Shown piece after piece: positions 24,371 through 34,631 of a stretch of DNA of 64,000 nucleotides. Every line of letters begins with the position of its first letter. The first letter of the stretch is position 1. Under the pieces are notes generated by a model. That model saw only the letters and a program-made list of their open reading frames with translations. It had not been told where the DNA came from and did no database searches. The stretch is taken from the NCBI GenBank assembly GCA_965247095.1, contig OZ251997.1, positions 2,048,001-2,112,000 of the forward strand. The letters are read 5' to 3'. Source of the DNA: Candidatus Multivorans sp. (GTDB lineage: Bacteria > Acidobacteriota > Thermoanaerobaculia > Multivoradales > Multivoraceae). The position numbers and the translations under genes were made by a program.

Positions 24371-25549
24371 TCACACTACGACCCCGCCTGCCCGCAGCGC
24401 CTCGATCTCGGAAGCTCCAAGCCCCGCCTCCGCGAGGATTTCGTCCGTGTGCTGCCCCGGCCCAGGCGCCGGACTGCGGAGTTCGAAGGGCGTCCGACGG
24501 AGCCGGACCGGTTGGCCGACAAGACGAACGTCTCCGAGTTCGGGGTGCTCCAGAGGCACCGCGATCCCGGAGTGTTCGACTTGGGGATCGCTGAAGGTCT
24601 GGCCCAGGTCGTAGACCGGCCCGCAGGGGAGACCCGCATCGTTCAGTCGCTCGACAAGCTCATCCACCTTGAAGCGCCGCGTCAGGTCCGCGACCTCGCC
24701 TTCGAGCTGCTCCCGGTTGGCGACGCGACTGGCCGAGTTCCGGTACTCCGGACGCTCGAGAAGCTCCTCGCCGCCGAGGGTCCGGCACATGGCCCGGAAG
24801 TGCTTGCCGCTCGTCGCCGCGATGTTCACCCAGCCGTCGGCAGCCGGGAAGGCACCCATCGGCGAAATCGTCGGGTGGTGGTTGCCCTGCTGGCCCGGAA
24901 CCTCACCCTCGACCAGGTAGCGGGCGGCCTGGAAGTCGAGCATCCCGATCATCGCCTTGAGCAAGGAGGTGGTCACCCACTGTCCCTCGCCCGACCGCTC
25001 CCGCTCGCGGAGGGCCGCCAGGATGCCGAAGGCGAGATAGAGGCCGGCTGCCAGGTCCGAGATCGCCGTGCCGACGCGAACCGGGCCCTGGCCCGGCAGG
25101 CCGGTCACCGACATCAACCCGCCCAGACCCTGGGCGATCTGATCCACACCGCCGCGATCGCGATACGGGCCCGTCTGCCCGAACCCGGACACACTGCCGT
25201 AGACGATTCGCGGGTTGATCGCCCGCACCGTCTCGTAGTCGAAGCCGAGCCGGTGTTTCACGCCGGCGCGATAGTTCTCCACCAGCACGTCGGCGCCCTT
25301 GGCCAGTCGCAATAGAACCTCCAGGCCCGCCTCGCTCTTGAGGTCGAGCGTCAGGCAGCGCTTGTTGCGGTGCAGGTTCTGGTAGTCGTGGCCGAGGCGG
25401 CGCGAGATCCCGATCTCGCGGCCGGGCGCCGGCGGGCGCTCGATGCGCACCACGTCGGCGCCCCAATCGGCAAGTTGACGCACGGCGGTCGGCCCGGCGC
25501 GGGCGATCGTCAGGTCGATGACCCGCAGGTCGGCGAGCGGAAGGGACAT
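24371..25549 (-). CDS. Family III CoA transferase (CaiB/BaiF)
   Basis: PLADLRVIDL..AGP..LADWGADV, HRNKR..LDLK, GFGQTGPY and GQHTDEIL motifs. Confidence 0.93.
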   Translation of the reverse strand: MSLPLADLRVIDLTIARAGPTAVRQLADWGADVVRIERPPAPGREIGISRRLGHDYQNLHRNKRCLTLDLKSEAGLEVLLRLAKGADVLVENYRAGVKHRLGFDYETVRAINPRIVYGSVSGFGQTGPYRDRGGVDQIAQGLGGLMSVTGLPGQGPVRVGTAISDLAAGLYLAFGILAALRERERSGEGQWVTTSLLKAMIGMLDFQAARYLVEGEVPGQQGNHHPTISPMGAFPAADGWVNIAATSGKHFRAMCRTLGGEELLERPEYRNSASRVANREQLEGEVADLTRRFKVDELVERLNDAGLPCGPVYDLGQTFSDPQVEHSGIAVPLEHPELGDVRLVGQPVRLRRTPFELRSPAPGPGQHTDEILAEAGLGASEIEALRAGGVVV

Positions 25550-25556
25550 GGAACTG

Positions 25557-26288
25557 CTAAACCTCGGGCACCGCCCCCGCAGGCGTCGGCTCGCGAGGCG
25601 TTTCGAGACCATCGAAGATCCAGGCAAGCGCGCGCTCGACCTCCCGCTTCGCTCCTTCGTCGACCACGTCACCGTGAGACGGGATCAAGCGGTCGAACGG
25701 GTACTGCAACAGGCGCAGGCAACTCGCCGCGCAGGCCGCGCGATCGCGAATCGCGAACCGGAACATGCGGCTCATGGCGACGCGGCGATGGACTCCAGTG
25801 AGCCGGTAGTAGAGCGACGGAATCAGCCCCTGGCGCTGCCGCAGGTTGAACAGCAGGTCGGCCACCAGCAACGACCCGCTCGGACGGTGGCAGAAGACGA
25901 CTTCGTTGAAGGCCGGCATGCCGGCGATTGGAATCGGTTGCAACTCGCCTCCCCAGGGCGACGCGAAACCCAGGGTTCCGGTGAACGTCACGTCCTTTCG
26001 CTTCTCCGGCAGGCCAGGGACACCCAGGACATCCGCTTCGGGGAAGCGCGCGGCCGCCGCCGGCAGGTGAAGATGGTGAAAGCGGTTCGGCGCGACCAGG
26101 TATTGCACCGGCCCGAGCACCTCGAGTTCCTCCGCTGTCCGGTCGTCGATCGGCCCGGGCGAGTACAACCACAGACCGCCGTCGCCCAGACGCACGACCG
26201 TCATCCGGGCAGGCGAAGTGAAGCCGATGGCGATCCTCTGCACGTGGTCGACGACCCAGACGTCGGGGCCAACCTGGTGTAGCGCCAT
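25557..26288 (-). CDS. DUF4336-family protein (metallo-beta-lactamase-like)
   Basis: RMTVVRL.DGGLWLYSP, YLVAPNRFHHLHL, EVVFCH.PS.SLLVADL and IPSHG motifs. Confidence 0.8.
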   Translation of the reverse strand: MALHQVGPDVWVVDHVQRIAIGFTSPARMTVVRLGDGGLWLYSPGPIDDRTAEELEVLGPVQYLVAPNRFHHLHLPAAAARFPEADVLGVPGLPEKRKDVTFTGTLGFASPWGGELQPIPIAGMPAFNEVVFCHRPSGSLLVADLLFNLRQRQGLIPSLYYRLTGVHRRVAMSRMFRFAIRDRAACAASCLRLLQYPFDRLIPSHGDVVDEGAKREVERALAWIFDGLETPREPTPAGAVPEV

Positions 26289-26357
26289 GGGCCAAGTATA
26301 GGTCCGCCCCAAACCCCCAGCGGCTCAGGCGCCTGCCACAGCGTACAATCCCCGGCC

Positions 26358-27338
26358 ATGCTTTCGATGCCCATCCGACCCCGCCGCAACCGGCGGTCCG
26401 CCGCGATCCGCGACCTGGTCCGCGAGACCGACCTCGGCCCCGGCCGGCTGATCTACCCGCTCTTCGTCATGGAGGGCAGAGACACCGCCGAACCGATCCC
26501 CTCCATGCCGGGTCAGGCCAGGCTCACCATCGACCGTCTGGTCGCGGAGTGTCGCGCCGCGCATGCCCTCGGCGTACCCGCGGTGGCCCTGTTCCCTGCC
26601 GTCGAGGACGGGCTGAAGGACCGCAGCGCCAGCGGCGCGACGGACCCCGACGGCCTCGTCCAGCGCACCGTCCGCGAGCTGAAGTCCGCCCTGCCCGACA
26701 TGCTCGTGATCACGGACGTGGCGATGGACCCCTACTCCAGCGACGGCCACGACGGTCTGGTCGAGGACGGCGAAATCCTCAACGATCCGACCCTCGAGAT
26801 CCTCGCCGCGACCGCGGTGTCGCAGGCCGACGCCGGCGCCGATGTGATCGCGCCCTCGGACATGATGGATGGCCGCGTAGGGGCGATCCGCACCGCGCTC
26901 GATGCCGCCGGCCACGACCAGGTCGGCATCCTGAGTTACACCTCGAAGTACGCCTCGAACTTCTACGGCCCGTTCCGCGACGCCCTGGACTCGGCGCCCC
27001 GCGCCGGCGACAAGAAGACGTACCAGATGGATCCGGCGAACGTCCGCGAGGCGGTGCGTGAGGCGCGCCTCGATGTCGAAGAGGGCGCCGACGTCGTCAT
27101 GGTCAAGCCGGCACTCGCGTACCTGGACGTGATCCGCGCCCTCCGCGAGGCGGTCGATCTGCCGGTCGCGGCCTACCAGGTCAGCGGCGAGTACGCGATG
27201 ATCCAAGCCGTGAGCGCAAACGGCTGGATGGACGGCGACGCGCTGATGATGGAGACCCTGACCTCGATCCGGCGCGCCGGCGCCGACATGATCCTGACCT
27301 ACTTCGCCCGCCGCTGCGCCGAAGTCCTGAATTCGTGA
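26358..27338 (+). CDS. hemB: Porphobilinogen synthase (Cys-free, Zn-independent type)
   Basis: RPRRNR, APSDMMDGR, FYGPFRDA, MVKPAL and AYQVSGEYAM. The metal site reads DVAMDPYSSDGHDG, without the Zn cysteines. Confidence 0.97.
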   Translation: MLSMPIRPRRNRRSAAIRDLVRETDLGPGRLIYPLFVMEGRDTAEPIPSMPGQARLTIDRLVAECRAAHALGVPAVALFPAVEDGLKDRSASGATDPDGLVQRTVRELKSALPDMLVITDVAMDPYSSDGHDGLVEDGEILNDPTLEILAATAVSQADAGADVIAPSDMMDGRVGAIRTALDAAGHDQVGILSYTSKYASNFYGPFRDALDSAPRAGDKKTYQMDPANVREAVREARLDVEEGADVVMVKPALAYLDVIRALREAVDLPVAAYQVSGEYAMIQAVSANGWMDGDALMMETLTSIRRAGADMILTYFARRCAEVLNS

Positions 27339-27385
27339 TGTGTCGGCCGCGATGACGACGGCTCGCTGAGAGCCCGACAGCCGGC

Positions 27386-28111
27386 TCAGGGACCGGCGGC
27401 GCGGAACAGAAACAGGTGCTGGGTCGGCAGCGAGTCGACCCGTTCGACGAGTTCGTAGCCCGCGGGCAGCCACTCCTTCATCACCTGGTCGATCGACATG
27501 CGGTGCTCGAGCTTGATGTGCCGCGCCGAACGACCCTCCAGCCGGAACTCCGCCAGGGCGATCACACCGTCGGGCGCGAGCGCCCCCCGCATGGACTGGA
27601 GCATCGCCTCGGGCGCCGAGAACTCGTGGTACACGTCGACGAGGAGCATCAGATCGACCTCGGCTTCAGGCAACCGCGCATCGCTCTGGGTCCCGAGCAC
27701 CGTGGTCATGTTCGTGACTTCGGCATCCGCTGCGAACCCCGCGGCGATGCGGAGCATCTGAGGCTGAATGTCGTTGCACAGCACGCTGCCCTCCGGCCCC
27801 ACGGCGGCCGCCAGACGTCGCGCGTAGTAACCCGAGCCGCAACCGATGTCGACGACCAGCATGCCGGTCTCGATCGGCAGCGCCGCCATCAGCTCGTCGG
27901 GGTGCTCCTCCTCGATACGCGTAGCCCGCTCCAGCCAGGGAGCGCCGCGGTAGGACATCACCTCGGCGATCTCCCGGCCCTTGAAGACGCCGGGTTCTTC
28001 CGGCGCCTGCGCCACGGCGGCCGCCAACGGCGCCAGGGCAACAAGCGCCAGGGCAGCCGCAACGACGCCCTGCCGCTTGGGCGCTACGGTTCGAGCCAGC
28101 GTGCGAGCCAT
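27386..28111 (-). CDS. Class I SAM-dependent methyltransferase with signal peptide
   Basis: VDIGCGSGYY, DIQPQM and LLVDVYHEF motifs; GGAGGT SD before ATG 28111. Confidence 0.85.
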   Translation of the reverse strand: MARTLARTVAPKRQGVVAAALALVALAPLAAAVAQAPEEPGVFKGREIAEVMSYRGAPWLERATRIEEEHPDELMAALPIETGMLVVDIGCGSGYYARRLAAAVGPEGSVLCNDIQPQMLRIAAGFAADAEVTNMTTVLGTQSDARLPEAEVDLMLLVDVYHEFSAPEAMLQSMRGALAPDGVIALAEFRLEGRSARHIKLEHRMSIDQVMKEWLPAGYELVERVDSLPTQHLFLFRAAGP

Positions 28112-30153
28112 CCCAGCACCTCCTCGTGCCACTGAATGCCGTTCGCCGGACTGAGCACCCAGTGGTTCTCGTCAGGGAAGTAGAGCAGGCGGGCCGGCAC
28201 GCCGCGTCGCTTGAGCGCCGTGAATGCCGCAAGCCCCTGGGTTTCGGGGACGCGGAAGTCGAGCGCGCCGTGGACCACCAGCATCGGGGTCTGCCAGCGA
28301 TCGACCAGGAGCGCCGGATTGTGACTCTCGAAGCCGTCCGGGTTCTCGAAATAGCTGCCCCGGTGGTCCCACTCGACGAACCACAACTCCTCGGTCGTGT
28401 AGTACATCGAGCGCAGATCGAAGACTCCGTCGTGGTTCACCAGGCAGCGGAAGCGATCCGGCCAGGCGCCCGCGATCCAGTTCACCATGTAGCCGCCGTA
28501 GGAGGCACCGAGCGCGCACACCCGATCGCCGTCGAGGAAGGGGTAGCGGTCGAGCGCCGCGGCCAGTCCCTTCTGCAGATCCTCGAGCGGCTTACCGCCC
28601 CAGTCGCCCCCGATCGAGTCGGTGAAGTCCTGTCCGTACCCGACCGAGCCGTGGAAGTCGATCATTACCGAGGCGTAACCGGCGCCGGCATAGGCCTGGG
28701 GGTTCCAGCGATAGTGGAAACTGTTGCCAAAGGATCCCTGCGGGCCGCCGTGGATCAGGAAGGCGACCGGGTAGCGGCGTTCGGGGTCGAAATCGACCGG
28801 CCGCACGAGGTAGCCGTGCACCGTCTCGTCGTTCCAGCCGGAGAACGTGAACTGCTCGTAGTCCCCCACCCGCGCCGCGGCCCGCTGCTCGGCGTTGAAG
28901 GCCGTCAGCGCCTTCCGGTCGCCGCCGGCGAGATCGCTGACGAACAGCTCCGACGGACCGGCCAGGTCGTTGTGGAGCGTGACCAGCCGATCCGTCGCCA
29001 CCGCCAGTCCCGCCACTGATCCCTCACGGTGCACACGCGTCACCGAGCCGTCCGACACATTCACCGCGAACAAGCTCCGCTGCCCGAGGTCTGCCGCCGT
29101 GGCGTAGAGAGTGTCGCCGTCAGCGGAGAAGGCAAGGCCGGACACGGAGCGATCCCAATCGCCGGTCAAGCTCCGCTCGTTCGCCAAACGGGAACCCTCC
29201 ATCCGTGCCAGCCGGATCCGGAATCGATCGGCCTCGTAGCCGGGCCGCTCCATGGCCAGCCAGGCCAGCGTGCCGCCGTCCGGCGACAGCACCGGGTGGC
29301 TGTCCCAGGCCGGGTTGGCGGCGGTCAGGTTGACGGGCGGCGAACTGCCGTCCGCGGGCGCCAGGTACAGATCGAAGTTCGTCGACCAGGCCTCCGGCGT
29401 ACCGCCGACGCGCGAAGCGAAGATCACCGCGCCGCCGCCGTCCGCAAAGGCGATCTCCTCAGCGCCGCCGAAGGGCTTGGGAGGCGCGTCCTGATCGAGT
29501 CCCCGCATCAGGTCGACCGCCTGCCCCGAGACCGAGCGTGCGTCGTCGAGTTCCAGGACGAACACGTGCGACCGCCGGCCGTCCTTCCAGACATCCCAGT
29601 GGCGAACGAAGAGATCGTCATACGCGACCCCCGACGTGAGCTGCGATGATCGGTCCTCGAGTCGTTTCGCGGTGCAGTCGAGCGTCTCGCACGAAGCGAA
29701 GACGTCCATCGTCAGCGCGATCCGGCGACCGTCGGGCGACACGACCAGGTTGCCGACATCAAGCGGCAGGTCGGTCACCTGGTGCGGTTCGCCTCCGGCA
29801 AGGGGCAGGCGCCAGACCTGAGAACTCCCCGAACGCGTGGACAGGAAGAAGAGATCCCGGCCATCCGGCGCCCAGCGCGGATGAAAGTCCGCCGCCTCGT
29901 GCGTGGTCAGCCGGCGTGGCGCGCCGCCGTCCACCGGCGCCGACCAGAGATCCGTTCGTCCCCGGTTCGCGGCAAGGTCCGTCACGCGCACGGTAAAGGC
30001 AACGGCCGACCCGTCCGGCGCTATCTGCGGGTCGGAAAGCCGCTCCATCGCCAGCATGTCGTGGATCGAGAACGGGTGCGTCTCCTGCGCCTGCAGAACC
30101 GCCCACGGCGAGACGATCAGAGCAGCGAGAGCGGCGATCCCGAAACGGCGCAT
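28084..30153 (-). CDS. S9 family peptidase (dipeptidyl-peptidase 5-like) with beta-propeller
   Basis: Signal peptide; IHGGPQG, GASYGGY, DFRVP and DENHWV catalytic triad motifs. Confidence 0.93.
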   Translation of the reverse strand: MRRFGIAALAALIVSPWAVLQAQETHPFSIHDMLAMERLSDPQIAPDGSAVAFTVRVTDLAANRGRTDLWSAPVDGGAPRRLTTHEAADFHPRWAPDGRDLFFLSTRSGSSQVWRLPLAGGEPHQVTDLPLDVGNLVVSPDGRRIALTMDVFASCETLDCTAKRLEDRSSQLTSGVAYDDLFVRHWDVWKDGRRSHVFVLELDDARSVSGQAVDLMRGLDQDAPPKPFGGAEEIAFADGGGAVIFASRVGGTPEAWSTNFDLYLAPADGSSPPVNLTAANPAWDSHPVLSPDGGTLAWLAMERPGYEADRFRIRLARMEGSRLANERSLTGDWDRSVSGLAFSADGDTLYATAADLGQRSLFAVNVSDGSVTRVHREGSVAGLAVATDRLVTLHNDLAGPSELFVSDLAGGDRKALTAFNAEQRAAARVGDYEQFTFSGWNDETVHGYLVRPVDFDPERRYPVAFLIHGGPQGSFGNSFHYRWNPQAYAGAGYASVMIDFHGSVGYGQDFTDSIGGDWGGKPLEDLQKGLAAALDRYPFLDGDRVCALGASYGGYMVNWIAGAWPDRFRCLVNHDGVFDLRSMYYTTEELWFVEWDHRGSYFENPDGFESHNPALLVDRWQTPMLVVHGALDFRVPETQGLAAFTALKRRGVPARLLYFPDENHWVLSPANGIQWHEEVLGWLARWLEP

Positions 30154-30222
30154 GGCTGCGGCGCAGGCTATCGCAAGGTGTCGGGTGGTAGACTGCGGCT
30201 TCCAAGAACTCCAGGATCCACG

Positions 30223-31083
30223 ATGCGCACCCTCATCTGCCTCGTTTCGGCCCTCGTCAGCTCGGCGGTCGTGGCCCAGGACCACCGCCTGACAGCGGCG
30301 CGGCTCGACGGCGACGTGCTGCGCCTGCAAGCAAGCGATGGCCTGCAGGTGCTACGGCACTTCCAACTGCCGAATCCACCGCGCGTGGTGCTCGACCTGT
30401 TCGGACTCGACGGATCCCTCGCCGAAATGCCGGCGCCGCCCTCCACGAGCCCCGCAGTGGAGTTGCGTACCGGCGAGCATCCCGAGTTCCTGCGAGTGGT
30501 CGTCGATCTCAAGGAGGCTCTGCCGACCTATCAGGTCCGCCAACAGGGCAGTTCCATCGAGGTCGGACTCGGCAGCGCGGCGCTGCCGCCATCGGGTACC
30601 GGCGTCATGATCGAAGCGGCGCCGGTTCCGGGCAAGCCGGCCGCTCCACGCTCGACGCCGGCGCCCGTCGTGGCAGTCGGTGTGGAGGCTTCTCCCGGCG
30701 ACGAGGCGGTCGCCACCGCAGCCACGCAACCGTCCGCGACGGCGGCGATCGCGATCGGCACGAAGAGCTTCGACGATCTGTCCACGGAAGAACTGCTGGC
30801 GCTGATCGAAGCGGAACTCAAGGCCGCCGGGCTCGACCAGGAGCAGTCCGCGGAGGAACTCATCGAGCAGGTCGAGGCCGAACTGAACGCGAACAGTCGT
30901 AGACCGTCCACGAGCATCCCACCACCAGCCCGCGAAGCGCCCACCGCAGCAGAACGGCGTCTCCTCCGAACCCCGCGGCGATCCCCGACGCCTCCGCCCG
31001 CAGACGGCGAAGAGCGGCCGCCCTTCCAGTTCGTCGACGAAGAACCGGCCGAGACGCCGCCACCCGACGACGGCGACTCCTAG
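30223..31083 (+). CDS. Secreted AMIN-domain protein with Pro/Ala-rich tail
   Basis: Signal peptide; F.LPNPPRVVLDL and LRVVVDL AMIN motifs. Confidence 0.75.
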   Translation: MRTLICLVSALVSSAVVAQDHRLTAARLDGDVLRLQASDGLQVLRHFQLPNPPRVVLDLFGLDGSLAEMPAPPSTSPAVELRTGEHPEFLRVVVDLKEALPTYQVRQQGSSIEVGLGSAALPPSGTGVMIEAAPVPGKPAAPRSTPAPVVAVGVEASPGDEAVATAATQPSATAAIAIGTKSFDDLSTEELLALIEAELKAAGLDQEQSAEELIEQVEAELNANSRRPSTSIPPPAREAPTAAERRLLRTPRRSPTPPPADGEERPPFQFVDEEPAETPPPDDGDS

Positions 31084-31089
31084 GAGTCG

Positions 31090-31488
31090 AGTCGCGGCGT
31101 CCGCGCCGCGCTGACGCACAGGGAACAGGGCTTGTAGGAGGCCGCGCATCAACGACCTCATGATCCAGAGCGCTGCCGCGATACACGCCAGCTTGAAGTA
31201 GAAGACCGGATTGGTCAGGGCCTTCGCGGGGTAAGCCATGAGCAACAGGAACCCCGACGCCGTGACCACCGCGAGGCTCGCCCAGAGCACCGGCAGGTAG
31301 CGACGCATCAGCGACAGCGGGATACCCGGAGCGACGCCGAGGATCCGCAGATCCGTCGCCACATGGACGCCGGCCACAAACGCCATCCCGATCGAATGGA
31401 AGACGAGGCTGGAGAAGAACGCCGGGCCGGACTCGCGCATCCAGGTGGAAAAGCGCGTCTCCTCCAGCCAGACAAGGACGTCGATCAA
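31090..31488 (-). pseudogene. DUF6644-like membrane protein, apparently 3'-truncated
   Basis: WLEET.FS.W.RES, H.IG.A....DLRILG, SG.LL..YPAKALTNP.FY.KL motifs. No proper stop: the frame runs on antisense through the AMIN gene. The end coordinate is approximate. Confidence 0.5.
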
Positions 31489-31528
31489 CGTCCGAAACTC
31501 CGCCCACCACCAGCCAGCCGACTAGCGG

Positions 31529-33295
31529 CTACGAGCGGTGCTCCTCGATCCAGTCGTCCATGAGCTCTTCCAGAATGTTGAGCGGCACCGAGCCGTTGGC
31601 GAGCACGGCGTCGTGGAAGAGACGCACGTCGAAGTCGTCGCCGAGAGCTTCTTCGGCGCGCCCGCGCAGTTCGCGGATCTTGAGTTCACCCATCTTGTAG
31701 GCCAGCGCCTGACCCGGCCAACTGATGTAGCGGTCGGTCTCGGTCGTGATCTCATGCAGCGACAGCGCCGTGTTCTCGGCCAGGTAGTCGAGCATCTGCT
31801 GCCGCGACCAGCCGAAGGCGTGAACGCCGGTGTCGACCACGAGCCGGCAGGCGCGCCAGATCTCGTAGGTCAGACGGCCGAAGTTGCTGTACGGATCTTC
31901 GTAGAAGCCGGCCTCCAGGCCGAGGTACTCGGAGTACAACCCCCAGCCCTCGCCGAAGGCGGAGATGTAGTCGTGGCGCCGGAACTCGGGCCCGACGTCG
32001 ATCTCGACCGCGATTCCATGCTGCAGGTGATGGCCGGGCACGGCCTCGTGCAGAGACAGCGCCTCCAGCGCATAGAACGGCCGGCTCGGTAGGTTGTAGG
32101 TGTTCACCCAGTAGATGCCGGGCTGGGTGCTGCCGACGGCGGCGGACACGTAGCGCCCGGAGGTGTACTTCGGGGCCATGTGGTCCGGAACCGGCTCGAT
32201 CGTGTAGGGCAGCCGCGGCAACGTGGCGAACAGCGAAGGCAGCTTGCCGTCCATCTTCTTTGCGATCCAGGCAGCCCGCTCCAGCAGCTCCTGCCCGGTC
32301 TTCGGGTAGAACCGGGGGTCGGTGCGCAGGAACTCGAGAAACTCGGCGAAGGAGCCCTCGAAACCGGTTTCGCGGATCACTTCCTCCATCTCGGCCCGGA
32401 TCCGCTCGACCTCGCTGAGGCCGATCTCGTGTACCTCTTCGGGCGTCAGGTCGAGAGTCGTGAACCAGCGGACCTGGCTCTCGTAGTACGCCCTGCCGCC
32501 CGGCAGATCGGAGGCGCCGACGGTCTCTCTCGTGTTCGGCAGGTACTCGCCGACGAAGAAGTCGTAGAACCCCTGGTAGGCCGGCACCACCGCCTCGGTG
32601 ATCGCGGCCTCGGCCTCGGTCAGGATCCGCTCCCGGTCCATCTCCTCGACCGCCTTCGGCAGGTCCTCGAACGGGGCCCAGAAGGCGCTGTCCTGCGGCT
32701 CGTCTGTGATGTGGGCGGAGATCGTGTCCTCGTAGCCCTCGAGCGTTATCCGCGGCAGGGTGAAGCCGCGGTCGAGCCCGGCGCGCATGTGGTCCTGCTG
32801 CTGCTCGAAGTAAGTCGGCAGCGCCCGCATCCTGGCGATGTAGTCGTCGTAGTGGTCCGGGGTCCTGAACGGCATCGAGCGGTACATCCGCGCAAACCCC
32901 ATGTGGAAACCGGAGTCCGCGTTGAGCGGCATCTGATATTCGCCGAGTTCGAAGCTGCGCACGCTGTTGCGGAGCTGGCGCTCGAACATCCGCGCGTTGA
33001 TCCGGTCCGCCGAGCTGAGCCCAGAGACGTCGATCTCCTCGAACCGCCGCAGGAGATCGCGACGCCGTTCGACCCTGCGCTCGATCGCCTCCAGGCTGGC
33101 GTCGGTCAACTCGTCGTTCCGGCTGTGGTCGCCGACACTCGTTGCGAACTGCGGACTCTCGAGCAGCCTGGCCGCCCAGTCCTCATCGAACAGCGCGTAG
33201 AGTTGCTCGCGCGCGTCCGGCGCCGGCACGCAGGCGGCGAATGCCAGCAGCAACAGCAGCCCGGGAACCGCCCTATCCAGTCGCAACCGGTTCAT
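31529..33295 (-). CDS. DUF885-family lipoprotein (putative metallopeptidase)
   Basis: Lipobox FAAC; HEAVPGHHLQ, EGWGLYSE, RLVVDTGVH and PGQALAYKMG motifs. Confidence 0.9.
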   Translation of the reverse strand: MNRLRLDRAVPGLLLLLAFAACVPAPDAREQLYALFDEDWAARLLESPQFATSVGDHSRNDELTDASLEAIERRVERRRDLLRRFEEIDVSGLSSADRINARMFERQLRNSVRSFELGEYQMPLNADSGFHMGFARMYRSMPFRTPDHYDDYIARMRALPTYFEQQQDHMRAGLDRGFTLPRITLEGYEDTISAHITDEPQDSAFWAPFEDLPKAVEEMDRERILTEAEAAITEAVVPAYQGFYDFFVGEYLPNTRETVGASDLPGGRAYYESQVRWFTTLDLTPEEVHEIGLSEVERIRAEMEEVIRETGFEGSFAEFLEFLRTDPRFYPKTGQELLERAAWIAKKMDGKLPSLFATLPRLPYTIEPVPDHMAPKYTSGRYVSAAVGSTQPGIYWVNTYNLPSRPFYALEALSLHEAVPGHHLQHGIAVEIDVGPEFRRHDYISAFGEGWGLYSEYLGLEAGFYEDPYSNFGRLTYEIWRACRLVVDTGVHAFGWSRQQMLDYLAENTALSLHEITTETDRYISWPGQALAYKMGELKIRELRGRAEEALGDDFDVRLFHDAVLANGSVPLNILEELMDDWIEEHRS

Positions 33296-33395
33296 CAGCG
33301 GCGCAACCCTATCGCGGTCCAAGGACCCCTAAGCCCGGCGCGTTAGCGCCGCCAAACGCCTCGCAGGCTCGGAGTTTGGCCCCAGCCCCCACCTT

Positions 33396-33454
33396 CCCTG
33401 GAGTCTGCGCGCATAAACTCACGACGTTGCGCCTCTGCAGCGCAGACTCCAGGG
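33396..33454. repeat. Perfect 15-bp inverted repeat (long hairpin) between divergent genes
   Basis: ccctggagtctgcgc (33396-33410) pairs with gcgcagactccaggg (33440-33454). Confidence 0.8.
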
Positions 33455-33467
33455 TCCGCTACCGCGC

Positions 33468-34631
33468 GTGAAGAACCTGATCGCTCTCCTGCTCGCACTT
33501 GCCGTGGCCGGCGCCTCCGCCCCGCCAGCCTCCACGCTCGAACTTCGTCGCGGGGACCGCCTCTGCCTGGTCGGCAACACGTTCGCGGAGCGGTTCCAGC
33601 TCTTCGGCTACTTCGAAAGCGGTCTGCTGGCCGCCTTCCCGGACCTTGATCTGTCCGTGCGCAACCTCGCCTGGTCGGCGGACGAAGCGGCGCTGCGCCC
33701 GCGGCCGCTCGACTTCGGCGCCGTCGACCGGCATCTTGAGGCGCAGGGCGCGGATGTCGTCCTCCTGTTCTACGGCGCGAACGAGTCGTTCGAAGGCAGC
33801 GAGGGTCTCCCGGCGTTCAGGAACGATCTGGGACGTCTGCTTCGTCATGTCTCAAAGCAGCTCTACAACGGCGCCGAGCCTGCCCGTGTGGCGCTCGTCT
33901 CGCCGATACCCCAGCAGGTTCTACCGGACGGTCGGGGTCTCGACGCGGCGGCCGTCGAACGCCGCAACGCCGAACTGCGGACCTACGCCGAAGCGGCCGA
34001 AGCCGTTGCGGCTGCGAACAACGTGCCCTTCCTCGACATCTTCGATGGGGTTGCGGCCGCGTTTGCCGGCGAGCCGGCGCCGTTGACGATCAACGGTGTG
34101 CATCTGAACGAGGCCGGCTACTGGCACGCCTCCCGGGCGCTGCTCGAAGCGCTCGGCGCTTCGGCGCCGGGATCGGTCGTCGCCTCGGCAGAGGGCAATC
34201 CCCACCTCCAGATTCGCCCTCCGGTTCTGCCGCCGGCGCCCCACGAGGATTCCCCACGCCTCCGGATCAGCGTCCGCGACCTGGCCCCCGGCACCTACGT
34301 TCTACGGCGCGGCGACGAGATCCTGGCCTCGGCAAGCGACGGAGACTGGGCGCGGGGCCTCGACCTGGAAGCGTCGTCGGTCATGACGGCCCTGCTGGAG
34401 GCCGGCGACGGTCTGCGCCGCGTGGTGCTCCGCAAGGGCCGGCTGTTCTTCGACCGCTACCGCGCCGTGAACGGCTACTACATCTACGGCGGACGCAAGG
34501 AACCCTTCGGCGTCCACTCGTTCCCGCCCGAGATGGTTCGCTTCGACGAACTGGTCGGTGAACTCGACCGCGAAGCCATGGCGCTCGCCCGCTCGGGCGA
34601 AGTCTGGCGCTTGGAGCGCGTCGACCGATGA
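33468..34631 (+). CDS. Secreted SGNH/GDSL-like protein of the type associated with PVC-type dehydrogenases
   Basis: LVGNTFAER, RNLAWSAD, YGANES and TINGVHLN motifs; ATGA overlap with the next gene. Confidence 0.78.
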   Translation: MKNLIALLLALAVAGASAPPASTLELRRGDRLCLVGNTFAERFQLFGYFESGLLAAFPDLDLSVRNLAWSADEAALRPRPLDFGAVDRHLEAQGADVVLLFYGANESFEGSEGLPAFRNDLGRLLRHVSKQLYNGAEPARVALVSPIPQQVLPDGRGLDAAAVERRNAELRTYAEAAEAVAAANNVPFLDIFDGVAAAFAGEPAPLTINGVHLNEAGYWHASRALLEALGASAPGSVVASAEGNPHLQIRPPVLPPAPHEDSPRLRISVRDLAPGTYVLRRGDEILASASDGDWARGLDLEASSVMTALLEAGDGLRRVVLRKGRLFFDRYRAVNGYYIYGGRKEPFGVHSFPPEMVRFDELVGELDREAMALARSGEVWRLERVDR

